From: Eledone cirrhosa
Taxonomy: Eukaryota
Reading direction: 5' to 3'
Length of the DNA: 64,000 nucleotides
Assembly (NCBI GenBank): GCA_964016885.1
Contig: OZ024745.1
Span: 48,670,001 to 48,734,000, forward strand
Below the pieces are notes generated by a model. The model was not told the DNA's origin and ran no database searches. It saw nothing but the letters and a program-made list of their open reading frames with translations. This document shows positions 1 through 13,170 of the stretch, piece after piece (the stretch's first letter is position 1; the number at the start of each line of letters is the position of its first letter). A program made the translations under genes and the position numbers.

Positions 1-1160
1 TGCTGAGGTTACATTTCCAACATTTCTTTCACGGTGAACAGGTGTGATCGCTGTTCTCTAGGTTGACCGTGGGTTTTTTTGTGGGCGGTGTCCACGTGTG
101 ATCCTCGGACGCCCCCCTTAGAGTATTTTTTTTTTTATCTTTACATGTTTTCCTTGTTTTTGTTAAACATTTTACACATCAAAACCCACTGCATCATCCT
201 GTGTGGTCATGTACCTTGCCTACTGTTTTCCTAATATGGGCCCTGCGTGGCTAATAAAGAAATCATTATTATGATTGTATTCATCTTTCGGTGTACAGAG
301 CGCTGGCAGAGTTTGGCATCAAATTGTTGAGTAAAATAAACAAATCTCACACACCAATAAATACATAAAATACATAGTAGGTAGCTTCTGTCACTTAAGT
401 AACCAATTAGTATTGAATGATTCAGGTACTAAACCATTTACCTGGCAAGCCTGGGCCTGGGGAAGACCTAGATTCCTGGAGCTGCCTGTTTTCTGGATCA
501 ATGTTTAATTATACACTAAAAAATTATCATATTGAAACTTCAGCACCCCTTGTTGTGGCGTATAATTAAGTGTACGACTCATCTTGCCCCCCCCCCCCCT
601 TATTCTTTTTGTTGTTTTTCCTCTTATTTTTATATCTTAATATACACCATTTGCTTCTTGAATAAATAATTTTTGTTGTTTTTTTTTCACGACTAAATCA
701 ACTAATTTTACATAATATATACACTAGGTGTAGCAACCAGGTATTAAAATGATATTTTCATCATTTTCAATGTACTCTCAGGGCTTGAATAATGTACACC
801 CCCGCCCTATTATTTGGGACCCGAGAATATATAAACAAAAAATGATGAATAAAGATACTAATTTTTCAGTTTCTTTTATTTCATGACCGTCATCATATAT
901 GTAGCTTATTTAAAGGACATCAATTAGAATGTAAAATATACACTGAAACTCAAGAATGAAACGGTATTTAAAAGATACGATTGAAGACTGTTCTGAAGCT
1001 GACTCTGTTTGATTTTTATTAATCCACTTAAAATTCTAAGTAACTTTATTTTCTTCGCCTTACTGAACGCTAAATGTTCCTTTTACGGTTTTGCGCTAGC
1101 AAGTTACTTTTCTGTTGGTATTTTTTGGCATGGCATTAAATGTAAGCGATGATAAATAAT

Positions 1161-1345
1161 TGTTTCTACTTTAGGCACAAGGCCAGCAATCACCCAGTGC
1201 ATTACTGGTACTTTATTTTATCGACCCAGTAAGGATGAGAGGCAAAGTCAACCTCGGCGGGATTTGAACTCAGATCGTAAAGGGACGTAACTATGCTGGA
1301 AAGCATGGCGTCCGACCCTCTACCGAGACTGCCAATCCACCGCCC
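1161..1345 (-). mobile_element. tRNA-derived SINE (family A), young full-length copy
   Basis: Pol III A-box-like TGGCAGTCTCGGTAG and B-box GAGTTCAAATCC on the minus strand. 18-bp TSD taagcgatgataaataat at 1143-1160 and 1346-1363. Near-identical copies elsewhere in the window. Confidence 0.9.
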
Positions 1346-2520
1346 TAAGCGATGATAAATAATCTCATGAATATAGAGATAAGCAGGTGTTACACATCTG
1401 GTGTTCGACACATACGCAGTACTGGATGGGCGAAGTAAACTGCGGCCTAGGGTCTTATACTCCAGTGGGGAATGCACCCTTTTTAAATATATCTATATAT
1501 AAACTTTATGATTTACGAAGCGCCGTGAGAATTTGAAATATGAAAATGTAGACGTCGAAAACGCAGAAAATTCATCAGATTGATCAAAGAGAGAATTGAA
1601 GGTATTTCTCGAACGCATATTCTCTGCTTCAGTCTCTTCTCATCTATACCATCAACTAACAAACCTAGCTCCCTCAACTGTTGTAGAGCTTCATCAATCT
1701 CCCTGTTGGAACTAGTCCATGTTAGAAAGGAAAGGATGTTGCCCTCCAAAGGGGAGAAAGCATGGATGGGAGAAAGAAAACCGAAGAAACAGAGACAAGC
1801 ATTTACACAGGCCTAGCCGCTAAAACCGTTTGGAAAAACAGCTTGGTAATGAGACTCTGGAGAGAGTCTAACATTGACCATTCATTCGAGTTTACTGAAG
1901 ATAAGATAGTCATAGCACTGGGCGAGGGAGGAGAGGGGCGAACAACCCCTCCGTGTCAAATTCGCTGAATTTGGCATTGATTAGCCTTCTTTAAGTTCGG
2001 TGATCGTTCATGAGATGAACAGTGGTTGGGGTGGACATAAACAGTTCGATCTGACGTTTTAGGGAAGATGTGAAGGGGCCGATTCTCGCATTAGGCTTCT
2101 TTTCCTTTTATTTTTTTTTCGTTTTCTCATGCCCTGTCCTCCTACCACTTTCAAAGTCGTTAAAACAAAAGATGTTCTGCTTTTGGTGAGAAGGAAGATC
2201 AAGCAAGCAGCATAATATGAGAGGTTAGAAGAAGCAAAGGAGGCGAGTTAAAGGGAGGAGAAATGTCGAGAAGTTAGATGTAGAGGAGTTCTATACATTC
2301 CTCAAATAATCACGAAAAAAGTTAGAGATAATGTGACAAGTTCAAGTATACTGGAGAGAATGAAGAGGACAGGAAGATAGATGAGTATAATACATCAAAC
2401 AACTACAAATAGAGATTTAATTATAATGACAGATTAAAGGGAGGGGGGGTTACAATATAGTGGCATAGGCAGAGCAGTAGAAGGTGGAGGCACATACTTG
2501 TAAGTACTCGATTACATATA

Positions 2521-2960
2521 CACACAAGCTTTCGTATATAAATACACATACACACAAGCTCCCATAATGAAATACATATACACACAAACTTCGATAATTG
2601 TTTCTACTTTTGGCACAAGGCCAGCAATTACCCAGTTCATTACTGGTACTTTATTTTATCGACCTGGTAAGGATGAAAAGCAAAGTTAACCTCGACGGGA
2701 TTTGAACTCCGACCGTAAAGAGACGTAACTATGCTGGAAAGCATGGCGTCTGACCCGCTACCGATACTGCCAATTCACCACACACAAACTTCGATAATGA
2801 AATACAGATACACACAAGCTTCCATAAAGAAGTACACATATACACAAGCTTCCATAAGGAAGGACACCATGCACACAAACTGCCATAAAGAAGTACACAT
2901 ACACACAAACTGCCATAAACAAGTACACATACACACAAGCTTCCAGAAAGAAGGACACAT
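2521..2960. repeat. 30-bp minisatellite (about 8 degenerate units, cacacaagcttccataaagaagtacacata), interrupted by a SINE
   Basis: 30-bp periodicity visible on both sides of the SINE. Confidence 0.85.
2599..2779 (-). mobile_element. SINE family A copy
   Basis: Matches 1161-1345; TSD cacacaaacttcgataat at 2581-2598 and 2781-2798. Confidence 0.9.
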
Positions 2961-3691
2961 GTGCATATTTCTTTACTCTTACGGAAAATAAACTTTAGCA
3001 ATCTTCTGAACTTGAGCTTTTTACTTTAAAACCTAAAACGGGGGCATGTTTTGGCGGAGTAATTTGAATAAATGACTGACATAACTTTTTTCGGTCGATC
3101 TCTCGTCAGTGACCAACAAAGAGGTTAACAACCGATTCTCATTTATAAAAAAAAAGTTAACCTTTTCATTACCTTATTTCTATGATTTTCAAATAATGTT
3201 CTCATAATAAAGCTGGTGTCTGGAAAATAACATAAAGGTTCATACTGAAAATTATGATGAAAAGTTATGTTTTTTTCCTCGACAAATATATACACTAAAC
3301 AAACCAGTTTTATATTGTAGAACCAAGGGTGGTTCTATAATGGAACATGTATCAATGCAGTGATTGACGTGTGAGAGACCACACGTATTGTCAGTCATGA
3401 TGGATGCCATTTTGTCTTGGTGATTAATGATATATTTTATTTTGGTCGACTTTATGGAGTAGGTTGCTGATGAAATATATTCTTTTAAAGGGGATGGTAA
3501 TCCGAAAAAAGTATGGAAAACATTGATTTAATCAAATAATTAACTGTTTCAAATTTATCATTTGTATTCCACTTTAAAACTCATTGATAGTTCTTTTATG
3601 TGCGGAAGTATCAAAATATCAAATATTAACTTTTAAAGTGGAAGAGGGCAATCTTTTAGTACAAATGACTTTGAAGTTTTATAGAGGTGAA

Positions 3692-4139
3692 TGTTACATA
3701 ATTGTTTGACGGTTACTAACAGTTGCTCTGAACGCCATGGGCAGGAGGAGCCTCGATGCAACTGGTTTTCTGTCGCAATTGGAGACGGTCGGTCTCGACT
3801 GTGGCGATGGCAGGCGCTCCGACGAATTAACCCTTTTCCCTTTCGAGCAGGGCAAATCTTTAATTTGAGACGCGACGTGCAGGGATTCGTTCTCTGCCTC
3901 CAACCTTGTTGATTCAACCACAAATCCAGGCTCTGCTGTTCGTAATACGGAAGAGAGTCAAATACCAAGGCCCGACCAACCGCTTTCTCTTTATACCGGC
4001 CTCCGTCGAGACATCTGACGTCCCCCCCCCTGCTGATTTCCTCCTAAAGTCGGAAAGACGACGGTCCGCTTGAGGAGGGAGCCCCGTGAGGTGGGATGGC
4101 TATGTCAGTGAGTATCTCTGGTTATTATCCGCTGTAACA
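3692..4139. mobile_element. Possible solo LTR
   Basis: GC/CpG-rich 448-bp block bounded by TGTTACA...TGTAACA, with a TATA-like GGTATAAAG on the minus strand. No TSD seen. Confidence 0.35.
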
Positions 4140-4882
4140 CCTTTACGGTTTTGTCCGCTGGGCATGGCTAAGGCACTGCTCAGACAGGGGTATAGTGTCT
4201 GTCTTTCTCCCTTTTTTTGTTGCTTGATCCTTCTTTCCTTTTCTCTTTCTTTTTCCCTTTAATAGTGTGTTTTGGTTTTATTAGGTACTACTCAATTATA
4301 TTTATATAATGTCAATGGCGCTTCGTGACATTGAAAGATTTTCTAACTTGATAAACATCTATTGTCTTGTATCTAGAAAGATATCTGTAACCAGTTGCTT
4401 GTTCTGGCTGTGATATTTTTAAAAGATTGTTGCCGTATTTTAAGTCTATAGTAATTATGGTGCTGGGTGTTATTGTCTACTCTTCCTCTACTTATTTTGT
4501 CTAGTGACAGAATACGATTTGAATGCAAAAAGGCGATACAGAAATGTTTTGTTTGTATTTATGCGTGTGCGCATGCACCTAACTCCTTGTGAAGTCGTGG
4601 CGAGCACCCTAGTGACATGTGGCGTTTCTTGGGTAACTTAAGCCAGACGGAGCCTATATTCTCTCTCCGGAAATTAACACAGTCAATTTCTTCCAGAGAG
4701 AAGAGGAGAGAATGATGAAGTAAAAAGAAAAATATATAGAGAAAGATTTGACCCTAGTAATAGACTGGTACATATTTTTTTCATCAACCTCGAATGGATG
4801 AAAAGCAGAGTTGACCTCAACTGGATTTGAACACAAAGAGCTTGAACGGATACTCTGCCAATTCACCTCCTATAATATTTGC

Positions 4883-5328
4883 GGCGATATCCAATTTTAG
4901 CGGCCTAAATGCCGCTTACTTGCTGTAGTTGCTGCTTACTTCAATGTATGAGGCTATTCCAACAAATTTACATTCCCAGAATGAGGAAACTGTGGGGATA
5001 TGTCGCCGGCCAACAAATGGTTTGTACAGGTAAGAGAAGAAGGGAGCACCCCCCTCTCTCTGTGCTCCCTGGCAGAAAGGTCGCACACTTTCTACGGGGG
5101 TGTGTGTGACCCCAAAAGGCTAATAAATCGCAAAAAAAACAAATAAACAAAAACGTGGCAAATAAAGAAATCTATGCCCCAGTAGTGGCAAATAAATCGC
5201 AAAAAAAACAATAAATAAATCTCTTTTAACGGCTAAAAAAAGGGGAATGTAAATTTGTTGGAATAGCCTCATACATTGAAGTAAGCAGCAAGTAAGCGGC
5301 ATTTAGGCCGCTAAAATTGGATATCGCC
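4883..5328. mobile_element. MITE with about 86-95 bp TIRs, Merlin-like termini
   Basis: TIRs 4883-4977 and 5243-5328 (GGCGATATCCAATTTTAGCGGCC...), with one 9-bp indel. 8-bp TSD atatttgc at 4875-4882 and 5329-5336. GG...CC ends. Confidence 0.85.
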
Positions 5329-7636
5329 ATATTTGCTATCTGGCATAAACTGTCGGCTGGTTAATACTTTCAGGATTTCTACACATCGTTTGACAACTCA
5401 CCCTGGATATGTTTGTATTCATTTAGATTTGTGGATCTCATACATATTTTGTCGCAGAACTATAACTATATATTTACGGACAATTCCCACCATTTTAATA
5501 TGTTGTTAAAAGAAACAAAAGTTGTTTTAACGAGATAATTTATTCATATAAGGAAAATATAAAATCAATTTTAAGACGTCTCACTCTGCAGACACTTTAA
5601 GAAGCACCGATTTACGATATTTAGGACGGCGAATTGGCTGAGTCGTTAGAACGTCGGGTCCCTTCGTGGTATTCATCCCTGCTTTCTGTACTCTGAATTC
5701 AAAGCACGCCGTGGTTATCTTTGCCTTTCATCATTTCGAGGACGATAGATAAAATACCAGTAGATGGGTTGATTCGTCCTCTACACCTCTTTCTCACTTG
5801 GAAAAGGGATGAGTTCCGCCAGGTTTTAAATGTGCAAAACACACCTTTTATCACTATAGCGTTCCTACGACTCTATTGGGAGTAACGGGTCCATACATAT
5901 ATATATATATACAATAAGAAATCTGATCGTGTACTATTACTTTCGTTAAAACATTTTCTCTCTTCTTTCCTCATTTTTAGTTTTACATTAACTGACTTGT
6001 AACACTGCTACTAACACTGTTAAGCGCTGACAGTTTTTCTCTAAAGTGCTGGAAATTGATTGACCAAAGTAGAAAATGCAGTTTTAACCAATGTATTACT
6101 CACAGAGATAGCTAAATCTATAGGATACTGGACACCCATGCACATATTAAAGTTTATTTCCTTCCCCCTAGCATGCGTATATCCTGTAGTCAAAAACTTA
6201 ATTCTCAAACTATTTATTCATTTATTTATTCAATAAAACAATTTAAACGTCCCTATAAAGCTAGTAAGCAACGACAGATTAAAAGACGTGTCTAATACCC
6301 CTGATAATTACGAAACAGAAAGAAAAGAAAACGAGAGGTAAAAGAAGCCTAAATAAGAAAAAAGGTGTTAAACAAGTGCAATGAAATTGATACGTGAAGG
6401 TGAGAACAATACCAATACTTTCGACGTATAATTGACATATATTTCATTAGCTTGCCGTATTGAATTCAACTTCTGTTGTAGCTTAGTCTATTCATTACCG
6501 TATTTCTAATTCAATTAATTTTAATTAATTTTGAAAAAAAACAAACATTTGCTTGGATTTAATTAAAAAAATGTTCACTAGTAAGCTGGTATGCAGAACA
6601 TTTTTAATATAAAATTATGTTGAAAGGTTTTAATATAAAAATAAACATGTTATAATGAACACTTTTGTATCATAAATCCAGGGCTGTTTGAGGCAGTTTA
6701 GTATCAAAATAGTGAGAGAGAGAGGGTAGGGAGAAACGGATTCATCCAAGCTTATTTGACCTTACCAAACCACATAAAACAGACAGGATTCATTGCTCTA
6801 ATGCTGAAGCGTGGACTCACTATCGATTCTTGTTGGAGTACTTTCATTTCATTTACGTCACTAATGACCTTGGGAAAGACATAAAAATCCCAACTTCCCA
6901 TTTCCTCTTATAGAACCATCTTCGGTTTCATTCCTATATGTAAAATGATAATTTGATGCCAAAAATTGAAACATTTTCTCTTTTATTCTTTCATTGGACT
7001 GCGGCCATTCTAGGGCACAACCTTCAAGTGTTTAATTGATCATATTGACCCCAATACTTTAACAGCCTGGTACTTATTTCAACGATCTGTTTTGCCGAAC
7101 TGCTAAGTTACATGGCATAAACAAACGCTTGTGTGCACGAATTAAGAGGGAACATTAAAAGTTGTCAAGAGTTATAATTGGTGGTGCAGTCAAATAAAAG
7201 TAAAAGTCGATGCCTTTGATAAGAGTTATGAGGTCAAAAAAGCTTTAAACTCAGAGTTGCGATAACAGCCAAACGAGAGAGCGTTGGACTGGCGGAAGTA
7301 GCAGGACGTCGAACAAAATGTTTTATAGCATTTAGCCACAGCCACTTAGTTTCTGCGTTTAAATATCTCTGGGGTCATTCCGGGGTCGATAAAATACTAG
7401 GATCGATATAATCGACTTTACCCCAACCCACAAACTGCTGGTCTGTGCCCAAATTAGAAACCATTACAGGTAAATGAATATATATATATAGTTGATTTTC
7501 TGAGAGAGACAGCAAGCTTAAGTATGGCTCAAATATGAATAGAAACAATGAAGTGGCTTAGGCGCGCATCTTGAAGAAAAATACATGGGCGTTTTATATC
7601 TCATATGGATATCATAGCTGGAATTTAGTGGTTCGT

Positions 7637-7856
7637 AGTATTTCTTTATAACATAGGCACAAGGCCAGCAATTTGAGGGAAGGGGAAAGTCAATTATATC
7701 GACCAGTATTTAACTGGTATTTTATTTTATCGATCCCAGAAAGATGAAAAGCAAAATTGACCTCTACAGGAATTGAACTCAGAACGCAGAAAGTCATAAC
7801 TAATTACCGCAAAGTATTTCAGCCGACGCTCTACCGCTTCGGCTAATCCACCGCCC
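7637..7856 (-). mobile_element. Older, longer SINE of a family-A-related subfamily
   Basis: Shares ggcacaaggccagcaat / ttttatcga / ttgaactcag / ccaccgccc blocks with family A; flanking direct repeat ttagtggttcgt. Confidence 0.75.
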
Positions 7857-8989
7857 TTAGTGGTTCGTGATAACGCATCAGGTTACCGGGTATCTTCATT
7901 TTCTACTACTTTCTAGGGATAAGCTTTGTTTCCTGTCTCTCCGGCCGATGGTATTTACTGAATAAAACATGTTAAATGCCTCACTGCAAAACGTTTATGT
8001 GAGACTAGATGGAAGTATAGATTAAAGTGTGTCAAGACCATGAAATATGTAATTATTTAGCTGCCTGATCTTGATTCTGTAATGCAACATGGAGTAGAAA
8101 CGTTTTCCAAATAGATTAGTTTTCTTTGTTTGTTTGAAGTAATAATACATCTAAACTATAATAAAGTAAGAAGCGCGGGACTGCGTACGGTTTATAATTT
8201 GTTATCCCATTAGTAAAATAAGTTGGATTACTTTGAATAAATAATGAATGAATATTATATAATTTATCTACTAAATTTCGTGGCTGTTCATTAAATATAT
8301 TTTATTATTTATTTAAAGATTCACTTCTTTAAAATTTTCAAATGTCAACACTTCCGATGGCGATCGCTTGAATAAACATTAATTTTCTGTCACTAATTTT
8401 CTCCTAATGCAGTTTATATATAATATCGTCTTTTTTAATGTATCATGGATTACTGATTACATAAGACAGTGTAACACAGTCTTCGTTCAATTTCTGTGTA
8501 TATTGTCAATTACGATTTTATTTGACGTATCATATCTACATGTATATATACTTGCGTATAATATCAATATACACACTACACATGCTAGCAGAAAACCACG
8601 CGAAGGCCGGCTCTTCTGCTAGTATCTATTAATGAAATTGCGACAGACAGTTCCACAGATCCACTCTGCCTAGTTTTGTCGACAATATTTTCTCTGCCTA
8701 TGGTAGTGAATTGGCAGTATCGGTAGAGCGTCGGATAAAATGAGTTCAAATCTCACCAATTTCAACTTTACCTTTTATTCTTCCGGGATCGATAAAACTT
8801 TACCCTTCACTTAAATTAGAAATCAATATTTAGTCTACATAAGACATCTTAGAAGATATTCAACAAGCATTTTAAGGCTATTTTCCCTGCTAAAGTTAGC
8901 CTTTCGGGCTACATCACATAGACGTCTTTCGGGGGCAATGTTTTACGGATACCCTACGTGGCGTCAACTCTCTTAGTTGATTCTTACTA

Positions 8990-9650
8990 TACGAAGGGAT
9001 AAGGTATACTTATTCTAAATCGGATTCTTACAGTCAGTTTCATTAACAAATGATGCCATTAGCTATTTAACTGATTATCGAACAAATGGGTATAAGAAAG
9101 AGCATTAGCATCAGCAAAAAGATCACCTTCAAAATTAGATGTGGAGCCTAGCTTCAGCTATTAATTCTTTTTCAGAGAAATTTGAAAAGGTTTTAATAAC
9201 TTATTGGGGAATTTTAATAATATAAAATATTTACCAAATAGAAATAAACTGAGATTAGTAAATCAAGGTTTAGAGGTTAAGGTAGCAAGAAAATAGTTAT
9301 ATTGCAAAATAATTATTTCCTGGGAAAGTAAAGCTTCTAATATGTAAAATTCATCAACTGGGGCAAGTTACAGGATATCGTGTCAAATCTGTGGGTTAAT
9401 TTACAAACAATGCTTACGGCACCTATAACTGAAGCAACGGAAGAGAGAAAGTTTCTAAACTAAAGCTTATAAAGACATATTTACGACCGTCCACGGCACG
9501 ACATTCTTTGGAAATTTTGTCAACAGAAAATGCAAGGTCGGATTAACCTAGCTTTATACTATAAATATTATAGTGTCTTTAATCTTTATATCACATTTTT
9601 AAAATTTAGGGTCCTTGGTACAAGATCTGCACTAACCTAATCAGGCACTG
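8990..9650 (+). mobile_element. Decayed hAT transposon (transposase relic plus 3' end)
   Basis: 9410-9500 reads, with a frameshift, MLTAPITEATEER/FSKLKLIKTYLR, matching the hAT C-terminal dimerisation motif. Upstream is a YLTDYRTNGY..ALASAK-like segment. Ends in ggcactg (CAGTG-type TIR). Confidence 0.6.
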
Positions 9651-12349
9651 ATAAAATGGCCGCAAAAAAAGAAGATAGATATAGAAAGTGCTCTGAACTC
9701 GATAGCAACCGTTCTTTTATTCATATTCTTTAATTTACCAGGAAAAAATTAATTTCATCTACAGTATATTTACTAATAACCTACACCTCGTGGATATATT
9801 CACACTGGCAGCCTGGTCTGGATGCTTGCAATAAAGCGAATTTTGCTAAATGTTCTTAGATACTATGTGGTGATGTTAAACCGGGAGGCAGATTAAGTCT
9901 ACCCCCAATCAACGCCGACTGAGACAGCCTAGCTAACGAACTTCTACACAGTTTCTATCCACTAAATTGTACTCACAAGGCTTGGGTTGACCAGAGGCGA
10001 TGGTTGTTGGACACTTACCCAATGTGTTACATTGTAATATCACATTCGGGACCATCTAATTGCGATGCGAACTTTTTAACCACACGGCAATACCTAGCTC
10101 CCTATGTATATACATACACACCCACTTGTCCGGTCTATATGATTGCTAGGAAGTACAATATAATATTGTAAAACAACAGGTTTCAACCCACGTGGTAGTA
10201 TGTAAAAGAAGTGTTTTATAAGAACAGGCGATTTGGTTCCCGAATATTTGAAAACATTGTTTGGATATTTGTATGTGTATATTTATACCATGAGTATAAA
10301 ATATTGTTTTTAATTATAAAATAACCGCGTTGACGATTATTCAGTTACTTTTGGTAGGGTATTTTATCCCTAAATGTTAGCAGATTTGTAAAATGCCACA
10401 CACACGCAGGTTGCCTTTTAAATTTCTGTTCTATTTATATTTTTGCTTTCACAAATTGTTTATATACAGGGCGCTTTCTTGTAAAATAAAACCAACCCCG
10501 TTTTCTTCAAAAGGATTACAGTAAATTATAATTTCTAAACAATTAAAAGGGGCAAATTCGAGATATAAGAGTGTAAATGATGAGAAAGGGAACAATGAAA
10601 GTTACTAATCCGGGAAAATACCAGTAGTGTAAATAAAGAAGAGATGGTGTCTCCAAACGTAATTATAATAAAAAAGAGTTGCTGAAAGGAATTTGAAATA
10701 AAATAACTCTTGAAAATATAACTTTATCGGAATGAAGAACTTTTTTTCTGACAGATATGGATTCCTTAACTAACTTTCTTCTTTTCTTGATTTCTGTATA
10801 CTAAGGCGATGAACGAAAACAAAATCACAAGAAACAAACTTACAGAAAAAAACGTTTTCAGTGGGGTTTTTTTCATATATACTTATAGATATGTTTCCGC
10901 TGTTTAAAATTAATTAACTTTTTTTTGGTATTTCAAATGTGACTCTCTCATCCGAATCCTCCTAGTTTATTCGTCTACCATTTTTATTATTACACTTAGA
11001 CCGATTCAACTCCGTATTTCATATGAAACACTATTCCATGACTTTCATTCCCTTTCTAGAAGTACATTTTCTTTCAAGTGTTCAACTTGAACACCAAGAA
11101 CAAATGAAATTAAACATCAACTGCACTGATATAAAGGAAAGGCACTAATTGGTAAATCGAACCAAGAAAACTCTTTCTTTTTGGTATTTCCCATTACTAT
11201 CTAACAGTTTCAACTCCTGGCAGAAGCGTCGACGCTTTTCTCGTGATAGGAGGTGGAATTTAAACTCATAATAATCAGAACCAGAAGGGCTACCATAAAG
11301 CATTTTATCCAACTCTTTAACATATTCCGCCAATCCACTTCCCCTGGACTGATCATTTATTTATCGGCCCTAAAAAGAATGAACGGTAAACTTGATCTGA
11401 GCAAGATTTGAACTCAGAACAGAGGCATTTAATCAGACGCCTTGATATAAAATTGGGTTATAGACAAATGAGAATAACTGTTGAAGCTATACAATGCAGA
11501 GAAATTAATAAATTTGGATTTAAAAAGTAAAACAAGGCTGATTTAAAACAAAATTATTTTGTTTTGTTTTTTATTTATAAAATTTAATAATTCTTTTCAC
11601 TCTAAAATACTTTCTATTTTATCTTGTAAAAAATCGCTGACTAGAACAAAAGGCTTACAAACAAAAGTTAGGCGTGGAAAACGCCAGTACTTAACAACAG
11701 GAAGCATAAGAAACAGCTATTATTCATGACAAAGATGGGTCTAATGAGAAAAAGTAAGAAAGAATACAAAAGTTTCGGGAGAGAGTTAATGATTTTGGAG
11801 GTTGTTAAAATTAGGTTTTTTAACGTATAAACCATCTGTTTGAATCTGAATCAGCAATTATTAACTGAGTCACACCAATATTTTCTATTTGGTGGTCTAC
11901 TTCTTCCTTTTTCTTTATCATTCATCCTTGTTATAACCTCCTTATAAAAAAACTGAGACGATATCAAAGGTACTCCGCCACCAACATTTCTACTGGATTT
12001 ATGTAGGTCAGTGATTAAAGGGACATACATTGCCTCAGTAACTTCAACATTATATAAGGTTTCGTACTAATACGTGTATGTACATGCTGTAAAGTGTCAT
12101 AAAGAGCACACTGCAAGCCAACTCCCAACATCGATTTGTTGAATGATTCTACTTAACTTATTCCTTCATTTCTGGATGAAATAAAATAGGCTGGATGCGA
12201 TCCTCTCTTCCAAAATGATTCACTGTCAACATACAACATGAAAACGAAATGTTCGTGGATAATTCAGCAGACTATTAAAGCTCATAAGTCCTCTCTCTAT
12301 ATATATTTGTTGTTGTTGTCTTTGCTCCGTTCACAGCCCCTTCAAAATT

Positions 12350-13170
12350 CTTCTTCTTTCACATGTTCCCCGGAAGAGAGTAACTCTCAGAAGCAACTAT
12401 CTCCAATTGATTCAGCCAGATCCCCAAGCAAGACCAGCCGAACTCATGGATGTTATCCAACCATCTTGCTCGAAGTTTACCTCTGCTCCTCTCGGTTGGT
12501 TTTTGCCTATAAAATCTGTCCAACGATTCTTTCCTGAGACATTCTAACCACATTGCCCGTAATATCGGAACTGTGATCTCTCAAGTAGCGGCCCTACCTG
12601 GAGTGACTGTCTGATTTTCGATCTACGCACTTTATCGAGTAACGTTATTCCAAAGACCCTTCAGAGGAACCCTATTTCGGTCGCTTTTATTTGCGATCGT
12701 ACTCTTTCGGTCATTACCCAAGATTAACGACCATTGGTTAGAGTTGACTCGAATACTAAACTGAAGATAGCGAGTTTAGCTGTTACACCTACCTCCTTTC
12801 TTCTGGTGACCAAATGCTGAAGCTGGAGCATTACGGCACCAGCTCTTGCAATTTTTGTATTTAACTCAGCCTCCTGCCTTCCATCACTGAAGATACTTGA
12901 ACTTCTTCACCTGCCTCTGAACCTACACTCGCCGGTCGTAATATTATTTTCAACCCGACTGCGCATGTCAATACTGCCCATGAAGATTATGAACAGGAGA
13001 GGTAACATTACGTACCCTTGGTAGAGTCCGACACTCACATTGAATGGTTTCGATTTATCCGAACACAAATACCAGGCCATACGTTCAGAAACTCCAGAGC
13101 AATAAGATGCTGTCTATCGATCCATGGTCCTGCAGAACCTTTCACAATAGATCTCGAGGAGCACGGCCAT
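12350..13170 (-). mobile_element. RTE-clade LINE 3' fragment (family C), degenerate
   Basis: Minus-strand peptide pieces WVMTERVRSQIKATEIGFL.RVFGITLLDKVRRSKIRQSLQV and RSRGKLRARWLDNI; homologous to 32570-32950. Confidence 0.8.

Noticed and set aside
1-275. Possible LINE 3' UTR ending aataaagaaatcattattat
   Set aside because: Plausible, but cut by the window edge with no coding evidence or second copy here.
774-828. Tiny imperfect inverted repeat (tactctcagggcttgaataat / attatttgggacccgagaata)
   Set aside because: May be a collapsed TA-flanked MITE, but it is too short and mismatched to support.
1161-1345. tRNA gene
   Set aside because: It has A and B boxes but no cloverleaf; it is multi-copy with TSDs, so it is a SINE.
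1513-2080. Short ORFs, possibly a LINE ORF1 relic on the minus strand
   Set aside because: No diagnostic motif was recognised, and there is no splice-compatible link to hemicentin.
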